From contig NZ_JANMSQ010000026.1 in assembly GCF_031389465.1 (NCBI RefSeq), forward strand, positions 1-36,420: DNA of 36,420 nt, in the 5' to 3' direction. Within the stretch, counting starts at the first letter, position 1; each line of letters begins with the position of its first letter. Source of the stretch: Pseudolysinimonas sp. GTDB taxonomy: Bacteria > Actinomycetota > Actinomycetes > Actinomycetales > Microbacteriaceae. Made by a program: the position numbers and the translations under genes. Of this stretch, positions 1-9,786 are shown piece by piece. The notes beneath the pieces were generated by a model. It saw only the letters and a program-made list of their open reading frames with translations. It ran no database searches and was not told where the DNA came from.

Positions 1-851
1 CGTCGACTCTCGCAGCATTCGCCCCGTTCGCCCTGCTCGGATTGGCGAGCATGCCGTCGATTCTGAGCGGCAACAGCGGGATCGATCTGTCGGTGGCCCC
101 GCTCATGGGGTTCGTCAACGCCGTGATGGTCACCCGGCTGCTCGGGGGTCCGCTTGGCGACCCCTGGTTCGCGATACCGATCCTGCTGACGATCGGGCTC
201 CTCGTGGGCGCCTTGAACGGTGTTGCGGTCACCGTCCTGCGGTTCCCGGCGGTGATCGCCACGCTGTGCAGCTATTTCGTGTTGAGCGGGGCGACTCTGC
301 TCATTGTGCCCACGCCGGTCACGGCGCCGGCTGGTAACTGGTCCGAGGCGCTAGCCGGAACGATCTGGGGAGTGCCGGGGGCCTTGTTCTCCCTGGCCGT
401 CCCGATCTTGTTCTGGCTCGTGCTGCGGCGCACGACGTACATCAGAAACCTCTTGTCGGTCGGCGACAACGAGGTCGCCGCGTTCACAAGCGGTGTACGT
501 GTGGGCTTGACCCGAGTGTTGGCCTACGCGCTCGGGGGCCTGCTCGCCGCGTGTGCCGGGATCGCCCTCACCGGGCTCGTGCGGACGGCGGACGCGAACA
601 TCAGCCAGACCTACATTTTGGTCGCACTTGCCGCCGTCGCGATTGGCGGAGTCAAGCTGACGGGTGGTTCCGGCGGCATCCTGGGTCCTTTATTCGGGGC
701 CGCAGCGATCTACTTTCTGTCGGTGCTCCTGACCACTCTCCTCGTCCCCTCAACCTGGATCAACGTCGCGTATGGCTCAGCGCTTCTGGTCGCGCTTCTG
801 GTCAACTCGATCGGTTCGTCTACGACGAAGAAGGGCGCGACTCGTGTCTGA
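1..851 (+). CDS. ABC transporter permease, ribose/xylose (RbsC/BPD_transp_2) type; 5' end outside the window
   Basis: Highly hydrophobic, with GIDLSV, GALNG and AAVAIGG motifs; the frame stays open to the window start (STLAAFAPFALLGLASM...). Confidence 0.9.
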   Translation, partial: STLAAFAPFALLGLASMPSILSGNSGIDLSVAPLMGFVNAVMVTRLLGGPLGDPWFAIPILLTIGLLVGALNGVAVTVLRFPAVIATLCSYFVLSGATLLIVPTPVTAPAGNWSEALAGTIWGVPGALFSLAVPILFWLVLRRTTYIRNLLSVGDNEVAAFTSGVRVGLTRVLAYALGGLLAACAGIALTGLVRTADANISQTYILVALAAVAIGGVKLTGGSGGILGPLFGAAAIYFLSVLLTTLLVPSTWINVAYGSALLVALLVNSIGSSTTKKGATRV

Positions 852-1845
852 ATCGGCTTCCCCCCCTCAAGAGACCCTCGTCACCCGAGCGAGCCGACGG
901 CTCCGCGGCGGGCCCTACCTGCAGCTCGTCGTCCTCGTGGCTGCGTGGGTGATAGCCGTTTCGGTGATCGATGGACTGAGTTCGAGGTCGAGCATCTACT
1001 CGATCCTGATCCTCGCATCCTTCCTCGGCATCGCGGCCGCGGGCCAGACCCTCGTGATCATGATCGGCGGGATCGACCTCTCCGTTCCGTCGGTGATCGG
1101 GGCGGCGAACTTGTTCGTAGCGCTGTGGTCGGGCGAGGGCTGGCCGATATGGCTCGCGTTCGCGGCGATCGTCGCCGTTTCCGGCCTGCTCGGGGCGCTC
1201 AACGGATATCTCTCGCAACGATTCACGCTTCCGCCGCTGATCGTCACTCTCGCCACCGGCGCCATCCTTCTGGGCTTCTCGCTGGTGGCCACGGGAGGTG
1301 GAAACGTGAACGGCGGCGTTCCGGACTGGCTGTCGCAGTTCGCCTCACCGATCGGCACCGTCGGGCCGATCCCTGTGCCACCGGTCATCGTCCTCTGGGC
1401 CGTGCTCGCCCTGTCGATGGGGTACTTCCTCCAGTTCACCGCAGCTGGCGCACGGCTGCGCGCCGCAGGCTCCAGCCCGGTGGCTGCGCGACTCGGTCTC
1501 GTGCGGGTGAGGCGCATCTGGGTACTCACCTTCATGGTGAGCGCGATCTCGTCAGCTGTCCTGGGCGTCATCCTGCTCGGGTTTGGGGGCAGCGGTCAGC
1601 CAGGACTTGGAGACCCTTACCTCTTCACCAGCCTCGCCGCCGTCCTCGTCGGAGGTACGTCGCTCATCGGCGGACAGGGCAGCTATACGCGGACGGTCAT
1701 CGGGGCTCTCATCATCACCCTCCTGAGCACTCTGCTGATCAGCTTTGGGCTGCCCCTCTCCGTTCAGCAGATCCTCACCGGTGTCGTCATCTTCGCCGCC
1801 GTCGGACTCTACGGTCGCGAGTCGCGCCTCCGTGATCGTGTGTAA
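844..1845 (+). CDS. ABC transporter permease, ribose/xylose type (second permease)
   Basis: GQTLVIMIGGIDLSV, GALNG and AAVLVGGTSLIGGQGS motifs; likely GTG start at 844 overlapping the upstream stop. Confidence 0.9.
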   Translation: MSESASPPQETLVTRASRRLRGGPYLQLVVLVAAWVIAVSVIDGLSSRSSIYSILILASFLGIAAAGQTLVIMIGGIDLSVPSVIGAANLFVALWSGEGWPIWLAFAAIVAVSGLLGALNGYLSQRFTLPPLIVTLATGAILLGFSLVATGGGNVNGGVPDWLSQFASPIGTVGPIPVPPVIVLWAVLALSMGYFLQFTAAGARLRAAGSSPVAARLGLVRVRRIWVLTFMVSAISSAVLGVILLGFGGSGQPGLGDPYLFTSLAAVLVGGTSLIGGQGSYTRTVIGALIITLLSTLLISFGLPLSVQQILTGVVIFAAVGLYGRESRLRDRV

Positions 1846-1906
1846 TGCGTCGGTGGTTCCCCACTCCCATCGATGGAGGCGGGGTGGCACACGCCCTAAT
1901 ATCGAA

Positions 1907-1920
1907 ATACTGAGTGGTAT
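1907..1920. promoter_or_regulatory. Putative TetR operator ATACtgagtgGTAT upstream of the flavoprotein gene
   Basis: Dyad ATAC-N6-GTAT in an AT-rich intergenic patch; resembles the site at 4360-4373. Confidence 0.45.
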
Positions 1921-2001
1921 GTCACTTACTGCCGACGGGGGAGTCGAGGTCAAGCTTTGCTTCCTGCACCGGCTTCAAGATGTGACTGCAAAGGAGGAGA
2001 A

Positions 2002-3606
2002 ATGTCGGTCAGCGTAGACGACGTGGGGCGACTGGTGCCCACGATCTCGGCCGAGTTGGTGAGCGAGCTACGGGATGCCGTCGGCGCCCACGCGGTGTAC
2101 GTCGAACGCGTGAAAGTCGACGAGTTCAAGGACGCCTACTGGATCCCCGGCGACGAGACCTACGCAGCCTCAGCAGTCGTTCAGCCCGCCACCACCGAAG
2201 AGGTGCAGGCGATCGTCCGGATCGTCAACCTCCACGGCGTGCCCCTCTGGCCACACAGCCAGGGCCGCAACCTTGGTCACGGTGGACCCTCGCCGCGAGT
2301 CCGCGGCTCGATTCAGCTCGGGTTCCAGCGAATGAACAGGGTGCTCGAGATCGACGAAGAGCTCGCCTACGCGGTCGTCGAGCCGGGCGTCACCTGGCAG
2401 GACCTGCACGACGAAGTGGCGGCCCGGGGCCTCGACCTGCTGACGCCGTGCCCCGACCTCGGGTGGGGCTCCATCATCGGCAACTCGATGGACAACGGCC
2501 ACACGTACCAGCACTACGGCGCGGACTACATGATGCCGACCGGGTTCGAAGTCGTACTTCCCGACGGCGAGCTGCTGCGAACCGGGCAGGGCGCGATTCC
2601 GGGGAGCACCTCATGGCACACCTACAAGCGCAGCCTCGGGCCGTCGCTCGACCCGCTCTTCGTGCAGTCGAATCTCGGAATCGTCACCCGCATGGGGGTT
2701 TGGCTCAAACGGCGGCCGCCGGCGTACGCCCCGGTGACCCTGGTCGTCGACGACGACGGCGACCTCGAGGCCGCGATCGACACGATCAGGGAGCTACGAC
2801 TCGCCGGGCACCTCGAAGGCGTGCCGGCGGTGTACTCGACGTTGCGAGCCGCCCACATGATCCGCGACAATCCCGTTCCCCCCGGTCCCGCCCCGTTCAC
2901 ACCTGACGAGCTGAAACGGATCGGTGCCGAGACCGGCATGGGCGCGTGGGCGGTTCGCACGGCGGCATGGGGCGACACGGAGCTGGTGGCCTACAAGCTG
3001 CGGCAGATCGAGGCCGCCTGGCTCGCCATTCCCAGCGGTCGCTTCGAAGTACCGCGCGTATACGAGGCGTCCGAGTACGACGGCCTCACCGGCTCCGCGG
3101 CGCAGATCGGCATTGGCATCCCGACGCTGAAAGCCCTCGAGAGCACACCCCCCAACATCGCGCACGTCGACGTGTCACCGGTCGTTCCGCTCCGCGGCTC
3201 GGAGGTGCGGATCGTCGTTGAGGAGCTGCGCCGACAGTTCGCTGCGGCGCGCATGAACTTCGGGACGGGGATCATGGTGACCGGCGAGCGTTCAGCGGTC
3301 GTCATCGCAGGCATTCGATACGACAAGACGGATGAGGCGGTGGCGCGCGCGGCATTCGAGCTGGGGAGGCGCATTGTCCTTGCGCTGGGTCGCCTCGGGT
3401 ACGGCGACGGACGCCCCCATCTGGAATTCATGGATCTCGCGGCTGAGCAGCACTCGTTCAACGACCATGCCTACCGCCGCTTCGTCGAACGGATCAAAGA
3501 CGCGATCGATCCGAACGGCGTGCTCTCTCCGGGGCGGCACGGCATCTGGCCGTCCGCGTACCGAGGGGCACCCGATGCCGAAACGCCGAGCGACGGAATA
3601 ATCTGA
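2002..3606 (+). CDS. FAD-binding oxidoreductase, vanillyl-alcohol oxidase / p-cresol methylhydroxylase (4-phenol oxidase-like) family
   Basis: SQGRNLGHGG, VEPGVTW, PDLGWGSIIGN, QSNLGIVTRMG and KDAIDPNGVLSPGRHGIWP motifs; AAGGAGG RBS before ATG 2002. Confidence 0.88.
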   Translation: MSVSVDDVGRLVPTISAELVSELRDAVGAHAVYVERVKVDEFKDAYWIPGDETYAASAVVQPATTEEVQAIVRIVNLHGVPLWPHSQGRNLGHGGPSPRVRGSIQLGFQRMNRVLEIDEELAYAVVEPGVTWQDLHDEVAARGLDLLTPCPDLGWGSIIGNSMDNGHTYQHYGADYMMPTGFEVVLPDGELLRTGQGAIPGSTSWHTYKRSLGPSLDPLFVQSNLGIVTRMGVWLKRRPPAYAPVTLVVDDDGDLEAAIDTIRELRLAGHLEGVPAVYSTLRAAHMIRDNPVPPGPAPFTPDELKRIGAETGMGAWAVRTAAWGDTELVAYKLRQIEAAWLAIPSGRFEVPRVYEASEYDGLTGSAAQIGIGIPTLKALESTPPNIAHVDVSPVVPLRGSEVRIVVEELRRQFAAARMNFGTGIMVTGERSAVVIAGIRYDKTDEAVARAAFELGRRIVLALGRLGYGDGRPHLEFMDLAAEQHSFNDHAYRRFVERIKDAIDPNGVLSPGRHGIWPSAYRGAPDAETPSDGII

Positions 3607-3686
3607 CCAAAGACCAACACAGGGCGTCGTTGAGATGACCCGACCCGAGTGGCGAACCGCTCGAGGGGGAAACGAGGAGAACAAAG

Positions 3687-4289
3687 ATGGCGCGGCTGAC
3701 ACGAGACGAGAGCCAGGCGATTACCCGTGAACGCATCCTTCAAGCCGCCGGCGACGTTGTGGCCCGGGATGGCTACGACGGCGCGTCAGTCGACAGGATC
3801 GCCGACGCGGCGGGGTACTCCAAGGGAGCGTTCTACTCGAACTTCTCCTCGAAAGAGGACGTGCTCAATCGCCTTCTGGAGAGTCACGCGGGTCGGGATG
3901 TCATCGACCTCACCGCGGCGCTCGAAGGTCTCGAGAAAACCGACGAAATCATCGATGCCGTGGCGCGGTGGAGCGATGGACGGGCCGCCGAACTCAAGTG
4001 GGGGATCATCGCGATCGAGTTCCTGCGTAGGGCGCGGCGGGACGGGTCGCTTTCCGATCGACAGCGGCAGCCCTTCATCGATCAATGGCGCGACGTCGGG
4101 AACCTGCTGATGAGTCGCCTCTTCCCTGACGGCTCACGTCCGATCGACCCGGTCGATCTCGGTGGCATGATTCTCGACCTGACCTACGGCGGCATATCCG
4201 TTTTCCTCGAGGCGAACAGCTCGGGTCAGATGGTGCGGCAGATCCTCACCGTGATCGTCGCGGCGCACGACCGCCAACCCTCCGCCTAG
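3687..4289 (+). CDS. TetR/AcrR family transcriptional regulator
   Basis: N-terminal HTH GYDGASVDRIADAAGYSKGAFYSNFSSKE; GAGGAG RBS. Confidence 0.93.
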   Translation: MARLTRDESQAITRERILQAAGDVVARDGYDGASVDRIADAAGYSKGAFYSNFSSKEDVLNRLLESHAGRDVIDLTAALEGLEKTDEIIDAVARWSDGRAAELKWGIIAIEFLRRARRDGSLSDRQRQPFIDQWRDVGNLLMSRLFPDGSRPIDPVDLGGMILDLTYGGISVFLEANSSGQMVRQILTVIVAAHDRQPSA

Positions 4290-4336
4290 TCGAGCCCTCC
4301 GTTTCGCCGAGCCCCGACGCGGCTCGTGAAGGCGAG

Positions 4337-4375
4337 TTGACGACGCTTGCCATTTAGAGATACTGTTGAGTATCT
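4337..4375 (+). promoter_or_regulatory. Putative sigma70 promoter (TTGACG-N18-TACTGT) overlapped by the dyad AGATACT-gttg-AGTATCT (operator)
   Basis: -35 at 4337-4342, -10 at 4361-4366; perfect 7-bp inverted repeat at 4358-4375 upstream of the ligJ operon. Confidence 0.6.
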
Positions 4376-4479
4376 AAAAACCAATCGGGATGCCGACCGT
4401 CTCACTCGGTCGCCGCCCGGGGCGATGAAGCTCATGGCTGTCGGTGCGGGCAGCCGGATATGTCTGCAACGGAGGAGAT

Positions 4480-5523
4480 GTGTCGGAGGTGGAAAACACG
4501 CGAACCGACTTGGTGATCGATTGCCACGGGCACTTCACGGCCGAACCTGCCGCGTTCCACGAGTTCCGACGCGCCCAGGTGGCGTACGCCGAAGGACGGG
4601 GGACCTCCCCCGGCGCCTATCCAGGCATCTCTGACGACGAGCTAGTCGAAATCGTCGGCATTAACCAGCTGCGGTTGCAGCAGGAACGGGGCACCGATCT
4701 GACGATCCTGTCGCCGCGGGCTTCAGGAATGGGCCACCACGTACCCGGACAACAGACCGCCTCCGAGTGGGCGCACCTCTCGAACGACACGATCCTGCGG
4801 ATCTGCGAAATGTACCCCGAGAACTTCGCACCGGTGTGCCAGTTGCCCCAGACCGTGGACGGCGACCTCGGCCCGGTACTCGATGAGCTTGAGCGGTGCG
4901 TGGAGGCGGGCTTCGTCGGCTGCAACCTCAATCCCGACCCCTCCGGCGGACGCTGGACTTCCCCGTCGCTAGCCGACCCCTGGTGGGACCCGCTGTGGGC
5001 AGCACTCGAGCGGCTCGACGTGCCGGTGATGATCCACGCCTCCGCGTCCTGCGCCCCCTCCGTGCACACGACGGGAGCCCACTACCTCGCGGCCGACACC
5101 ATCGCCTTCATGCAACTGCTCGAGGGCGACGTCTTCGAGCGGCATCCCGGTGTGCGCGTGATCATCCCGCACGGCGGCGGCGCAGTGCCCTATCACTGGG
5201 GCAGATTCCGCGGCCTCGCGATCGTCCGAGAGCGGCGCCTCGAAGACCTCCTACGGAACGTGTTCTTCGACACCTGCGTTTACCACCAGGCCGGCATCGA
5301 GCTGCTCGTTGAGGTCATCGGCACCGAGAATATCCTCTTCGGATCCGAACTCCTCGGCGCGGTGAAAGTCGACGATCCACAGACCGGCCACGCCTTCGAC
5401 GACACCCTGCGCTACATCGATGCACTCGAGCTGGATCCCGCGTCGCGCGCCGCCGTGCTGGGGGGCAATGCCCGCCGAGTGTACCCGCGTCTCGACGCCC
5501 TGCTCACCCGTCAGGGCCGCTGA
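4480..5523 (+). CDS. ligJ: 4-oxalomesaconate hydratase-like amidohydrolase
   Basis: IDCHGHFT metal motif, SPRASGMGHH, NLNPDPSGG, PHGGGAVPYHWGRFRGLA, FFDTCVYHQ and FGSE match LigJ; GGAGGA RBS before GTG 4480. Confidence 0.88.
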   Translation: MSEVENTRTDLVIDCHGHFTAEPAAFHEFRRAQVAYAEGRGTSPGAYPGISDDELVEIVGINQLRLQQERGTDLTILSPRASGMGHHVPGQQTASEWAHLSNDTILRICEMYPENFAPVCQLPQTVDGDLGPVLDELERCVEAGFVGCNLNPDPSGGRWTSPSLADPWWDPLWAALERLDVPVMIHASASCAPSVHTTGAHYLAADTIAFMQLLEGDVFERHPGVRVIIPHGGGAVPYHWGRFRGLAIVRERRLEDLLRNVFFDTCVYHQAGIELLVEVIGTENILFGSELLGAVKVDDPQTGHAFDDTLRYIDALELDPASRAAVLGGNARRVYPRLDALLTRQGR

Positions 5524-5564
5524 TGCCCTCCCACCCGTCCCTCGATATCCCGAAGGAACCCACG

Positions 5565-6476
5565 ATGAATGCCGAACTAACAACGCTGCGCCTCGCTGGC
5601 GCCGCCCAGGGCTTCAACTGGCTGCCGGTCTACGTCGCCGACGAGCAGGGATTCTTCGCCGAGGTCGGGCTGAAGATCGAGTACATCCGCCTCGGATCGG
5701 TCGACAAGACCACGGCTGCGGTTCTCGATGGCTCCGTCGATCTCGCCATCACCCCGCCGGAAGGTGCCGTCGCGAACTACATCGCCGGCGGCCCGCTGCG
5801 CATCATCGCCTCGAACTCCGAACGTCTTCCGATGTCGGTCGTGGCACGCCCGGGCATCCCGGATCTCGGCGCCCTACGCGGCAAGCGCATCGGCACCTCG
5901 TCGCTCACCGAGGGAACCGCGATCTACATCAAGATCATGCTCGCGCAGGCCGGCCTGCACTATCCGGGGGACTTCGGCTTCGTGCTCGCCGGCGTTCACA
6001 CCGCACGCTGGGCGGCACTGCAGAACGACGAGGTCGACGCCGCTCCACAACCCGCGCCGTGGAGCTTCCTCGCGGAGCGAGAGGGGTACGGCCTGATCGG
6101 CGAGGTCGCTGATGCCATTCCCGAGATCATCTTCGCGGCGATCGTCGGAAGCGCCCCGTGGTTGGTCGAGAATCGCGATGTCGTTCGACGGCTTCTCGCC
6201 GTCATCGCGCGCGCACATGCCTTCGTCAACGACCCGGCCAACGACGCCGTCACCCTGCCCGTTTACGAGCGGATCACGACGCCCGAGGCACCCGACCTCG
6301 CCGCACGTGGCCTGGCGTACACCCGCGACCTCGGCATGTGGCCCGTCGGTGCGCGGGTATCGGTTGCGGCCCTTGCAGCCACCGCCGATGTCATGGTGCA
6401 GACCGGGCTGATGCCCGATCGACAGCGAGCCGCGGCGGCCGGCGTCGTCGATGCCTCGTTCCTCGAGGGGGCGTGA
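5565..6476 (+). CDS. SsuA/THI5-like (NitT/TauT) substrate-binding-fold protein with no evident signal peptide
   Basis: [26 protein letters not shown] and [10 protein letters not shown] motifs; AAGGA RBS before ATG 5565. Confidence 0.85.
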   Translation: MNAELTTLRLAGAAQGFNWLPVYVADEQGFFAEVGLKIEYIRLGSVDKTTAAVLDGSVDLAITPPEGAVANYIAGGPLRIIASNSERLPMSVVARPGIPDLGALRGKRIGTSSLTEGTAIYIKIMLAQAGLHYPGDFGFVLAGVHTARWAALQNDEVDAAPQPAPWSFLAEREGYGLIGEVADAIPEIIFAAIVGSAPWLVENRDVVRRLLAVIARAHAFVNDPANDAVTLPVYERITTPEAPDLAARGLAYTRDLGMWPVGARVSVAALAATADVMVQTGLMPDRQRAAAAGVVDASFLEGA

Positions 6477-6481
6477 GACAG

Positions 6482-7162
6482 ATGGCGCGCGTGGTGACCG
6501 GAATCGAGCGCACCGGTGACGCTCTGGCGGCAGCCTTTGCCGAGCTCGGCGTTGCGACGGTCCACGAAGCCCAAGGGCGCACCGGGCTGCTCAGTCCCCG
6601 ACTCCAGCCGCGCCAGACGGGCGTGGCGATCTCGGGCACGGCACTCACCTGCGAGGTGCCTCCCGGTGACAACTGGATGATTCACGTCGCACTCGAACAG
6701 GCCCGACCGGGGGACATCCTCATCGTGTCGCCGACCTCGCCCTGCGACGACGGCTACTTCGGTGACCTCCTCGCGACGTCGGCACTCGCCCTCGGCATCC
6801 GCGGGCTGGTGATCGACGCGGGCGTTCGCGACACCAAGGACCTTCGCGAGCTGGGCTTTCCCGTCTGGAGCAAGACCGTCAGCGCGCAAGGCACCGTGAA
6901 GGAAACCCTCGCCGACGTGCAGGTGCCGATCGTCTGCGGTGACCGGTGGATCTCTCCGGGTGACGTGCTCATCGCGGACGACGACGGAGTGTGCGTTGTG
7001 CCGCGAGCCGACGCCGAGGTGGTCCTCGCGGCTGCCCGGGCGCGGGTCGCCGATGAGGCGCAGAAGCGCTCCCTCTATGCGTCGGGGCAGCTGAGCCTTG
7101 ATATCACTCCCGCACTTCGAAGCGGGCTCGAACGGAAGGGACTGAGCTATGAGCAGCAGTGA
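6482..7162 (+). CDS. ligK: 4-carboxy-4-hydroxy-2-oxoadipate aldolase / HMG aldolase (RraA-like)
   Basis: [49 protein letters not shown] and [12 protein letters not shown] motifs. Confidence 0.9.
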   Translation: MARVVTGIERTGDALAAAFAELGVATVHEAQGRTGLLSPRLQPRQTGVAISGTALTCEVPPGDNWMIHVALEQARPGDILIVSPTSPCDDGYFGDLLATSALALGIRGLVIDAGVRDTKDLRELGFPVWSKTVSAQGTVKETLADVQVPIVCGDRWISPGDVLIADDDGVCVVPRADAEVVLAAARARVADEAQKRSLYASGQLSLDITPALRSGLERKGLSYEQQ

Positions 7163-7745
7163 ACGGCCCCGCGTACCCCGCCGCGTCGTCACGGGCGTGC
7201 GCGATGGCAGATCGGTTTTCGTGAGCGACGGACCGACGCCCAATGCCCATGTCTACGACTCGATCCCGGGCATGATGACCTCGGTCCTCTACGCCACCGC
7301 GGCCTCGGCGACGTATCCCGCCCACGACGAGGAGACGGCCCCGCGCTATGGACGGCTGGTTCCCGCGCCGGGTGAGACGACCCTTCTGATCGTCACCTTC
7401 CCGCCGGACAGTGTCTTCGGCTCCCCAGACTTCGACCCGGAAGAAGCCGGCCTCGAGCAATACGACTTCGCTCCCGACTTCGCCGAGCGGTTCGAGCTCG
7501 ACAACCCCGGCAAGCATCAGACCGACAGCATCGACTACGACATTGTGCTCGACGGCGAGATTTGGCTTGAGCTCGACGAAGAGACCAAGCACCTGCGGGC
7601 GGGCGACGTCGTCGTGCAATGCGGCACCCGGCACGCGTGGCGCAACCCCGGCGACCGCCCGGCGACCATGTGTTTCGTGCTTGTCGGGGTCGCCCCGCGC
7701 TCCGCACCGGCAACAGATCACCCCACAAAGGAGGACCGAAAGTGA
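7149..7745 (+). CDS. Cupin domain protein
   Basis: RRVVTG N-terminus; [16 protein letters not shown]...[16 protein letters not shown] cupin motifs. Confidence 0.88.
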   Translation: MSSSERPRVPRRVVTGVRDGRSVFVSDGPTPNAHVYDSIPGMMTSVLYATAASATYPAHDEETAPRYGRLVPAPGETTLLIVTFPPDSVFGSPDFDPEEAGLEQYDFAPDFAERFELDNPGKHQTDSIDYDIVLDGEIWLELDEETKHLRAGDVVVQCGTRHAWRNPGDRPATMCFVLVGVAPRSAPATDHPTKEDRK

Positions 7746-8899
7746 CCACGACACTTCCCGCGGAGGGAATCCACGAGACCGGGGGGCCGGAGCGCCTGTC
7801 GATGCGGGCGGCTCGGCTGCATCGCGTCGGCGAACCGATGGTCATCGAAGAGGTCGACCGACCACGCGCCACGGGCACCGACGTGATCGTCGAAGTCAAG
7901 GCGTGCGGCATGGTGCCCAACCTCGGCAATGTGCTGGCGAACTGGGAGACCTGGTACCCCCACGAGCCGCTGCCGCCACGGCCGGCGATCTTCGGGCTCG
8001 ACCCCGTCGGGATCGTGCACGAGGTCGGGGAGCAGGTCATCAACCTCGCGCCGGGCGATCGGGTGTACGTCAACCCCTCACGATCGTGTGGCGCTTGCCA
8101 CCCCTGCGCATCGGGCCGACCGCAGACCTGCGACTACTGGACCTTCGCCGGCTATTTCGGCTTCAACCAGAACAGCCTCGAGATGTACGACAAGTACCCG
8201 TACGGCGGATTCTGCGAGTACATGAAGGCTCCGCAGAGCGCCATCGTGAAGCTCTCGGACAACCTCGACTTTCGCCAGGCAACCCGCTTGGGCTACCTCG
8301 GTACGGCGTTCTCGGCGGTCAAGAAATGCGGACCGCTCGCCGGCAAGACGCTGATCGTGAATGGCGCGTCCGGAACACTGGGCGTCGGGGTCACCCTGGT
8401 AGCCCTGGCTCTCGGGGTCTCGCGCATCTTCGCGGTGGCCCGCGGGATTCCGCTGCTCGAGCGACTGCGTGCGATCGCGCCGGCTCGGATCGAGATCTTC
8501 TCCAACGTCGAGGGCAGCACCGCGGAGTGGGTGCGTTCGCGCACCGGCGGGCTCGGGGCCGACCTCATGATCGACGCGCTCGGAGCGGTCGCCTCGCTCG
8601 ATGACTTCAAGGACGCGATGCTGGGGGTCGCCCGTGGCGGGCGAATCGTCGACATCGGCGGCACCGCCGGTGAACTCGGGGTCGACGTCAAATGGCTGAT
8701 GGATGAGGCGCGCGAGCTGATCGGTTCGGCCTGGTTCACGACTGCCGAGAGCATGGAGCTCGTCGACATGATCCGCTACGGCGTGATCGACATGTCGGTG
8801 CTCCAGCCGAAGGCGTGGCCGTTCGAGCAGATCAACGAAGCCATCAACGGCGTGACCAGCGGCGAGGGCGGCTTCACCAGCTACCTCGTGGAAATCTGA
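7742..8899 (+). CDS. Medium-chain dehydrogenase/reductase (alcohol dehydrogenase fold), atypical active site
   Basis: GroES-like N-terminal domain, PGDRV, CGACHPC...C structural Zn site, GASGTLG Rossmann motif; GTGA overlap with the cupin gene; AAGGAGG RBS. Confidence 0.88.
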   Translation: MTTTLPAEGIHETGGPERLSMRAARLHRVGEPMVIEEVDRPRATGTDVIVEVKACGMVPNLGNVLANWETWYPHEPLPPRPAIFGLDPVGIVHEVGEQVINLAPGDRVYVNPSRSCGACHPCASGRPQTCDYWTFAGYFGFNQNSLEMYDKYPYGGFCEYMKAPQSAIVKLSDNLDFRQATRLGYLGTAFSAVKKCGPLAGKTLIVNGASGTLGVGVTLVALALGVSRIFAVARGIPLLERLRAIAPARIEIFSNVEGSTAEWVRSRTGGLGADLMIDALGAVASLDDFKDAMLGVARGGRIVDIGGTAGELGVDVKWLMDEARELIGSAWFTTAESMELVDMIRYGVIDMSVLQPKAWPFEQINEAINGVTSGEGGFTSYLVEI

Positions 8900-8910
8900 G
8901 GAGCAGCGAC

Positions 8911-9786
8911 ATGGCACAGAGGAACCTCGTGGCGAATGACCCGGCGTCGCTCCGCCTGATCGACGGCTTCTCGCTCGAGATGACGGGGAAGGACATCCTG
9001 GGGCTGGAAGCTGCACGAGAGGTCATTCCGGCCGGCACCAAGATCAACGTCACCTTCCTCGGGAACGAAGACCTCGGGATGCGGGTCGCCGCGGCGAAAG
9101 CGGTGAAAGACATGGGATTCGTTCCTGTGCCGCACATCTCGGCTCGACGGCTGGAGTCGCAGGGTCAGCTCGAGGAGTTCCTCGCGCAGCTTCAGGAGAT
9201 CGACGCGGTGGAGCACATCTTCGCCGTCGGAGGCGACCCTGCCGAACCGCTCGGCCCCTACCCGGACTCCCTGTCGGTGATTCAGACGGGCCTGTTGCAG
9301 AAGTTCGGTGTTCGGGAGGTGTCGATAGCCGGGTACCCGGAGGGCCACCCCGACATCGCACGTGACGTGCTCTGGCGTCACCTCGAGCACAAGTCGACGT
9401 CGCTCACAGAGCAAGGTCTGGATGCCGTCATCCTCACCCAGTTCGCCTTCGACACCGACCCGGTCACCGCGTGGATCTCGGGGGTGCGTGCCCGCGGCAT
9501 CGACACCGAGATTCGCGTCGGAACTCCCGGTCCGGCCGGGATCAAGCGACTGCTCGCGTTCGCGAGCCGGTTCGGTGTCGGTGCTAACGCGATGATCGTC
9601 AAGAAGTACGGCTTCTCGCTCACCAACCTGATGGGTACGGCTGGCCCCGATCGCTTCGTGACCGACCTCGCCTCTCGCCTGGAGCAGGATGCGTCGGCCG
9701 GCGCCGTCGGACTGCACTTCTACACCTTCGGCGGGCTCCTGGCGACGGCGGAGTGGGCGCGCGGCTACGTGGCGGCGCGGTCGTGA
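8911..9786 (+). CDS. metF: Methylenetetrahydrofolate reductase
   Basis: PVPHISARR, VGGDP, IAGYPEGHP, TQFAFD and LHFYTFGG motifs; GAGGAG RBS. Confidence 0.88.
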   Translation: MAQRNLVANDPASLRLIDGFSLEMTGKDILGLEAAREVIPAGTKINVTFLGNEDLGMRVAAAKAVKDMGFVPVPHISARRLESQGQLEEFLAQLQEIDAVEHIFAVGGDPAEPLGPYPDSLSVIQTGLLQKFGVREVSIAGYPEGHPDIARDVLWRHLEHKSTSLTEQGLDAVILTQFAFDTDPVTAWISGVRARGIDTEIRVGTPGPAGIKRLLAFASRFGVGANAMIVKKYGFSLTNLMGTAGPDRFVTDLASRLEQDASAGAVGLHFYTFGGLLATAEWARGYVAARS

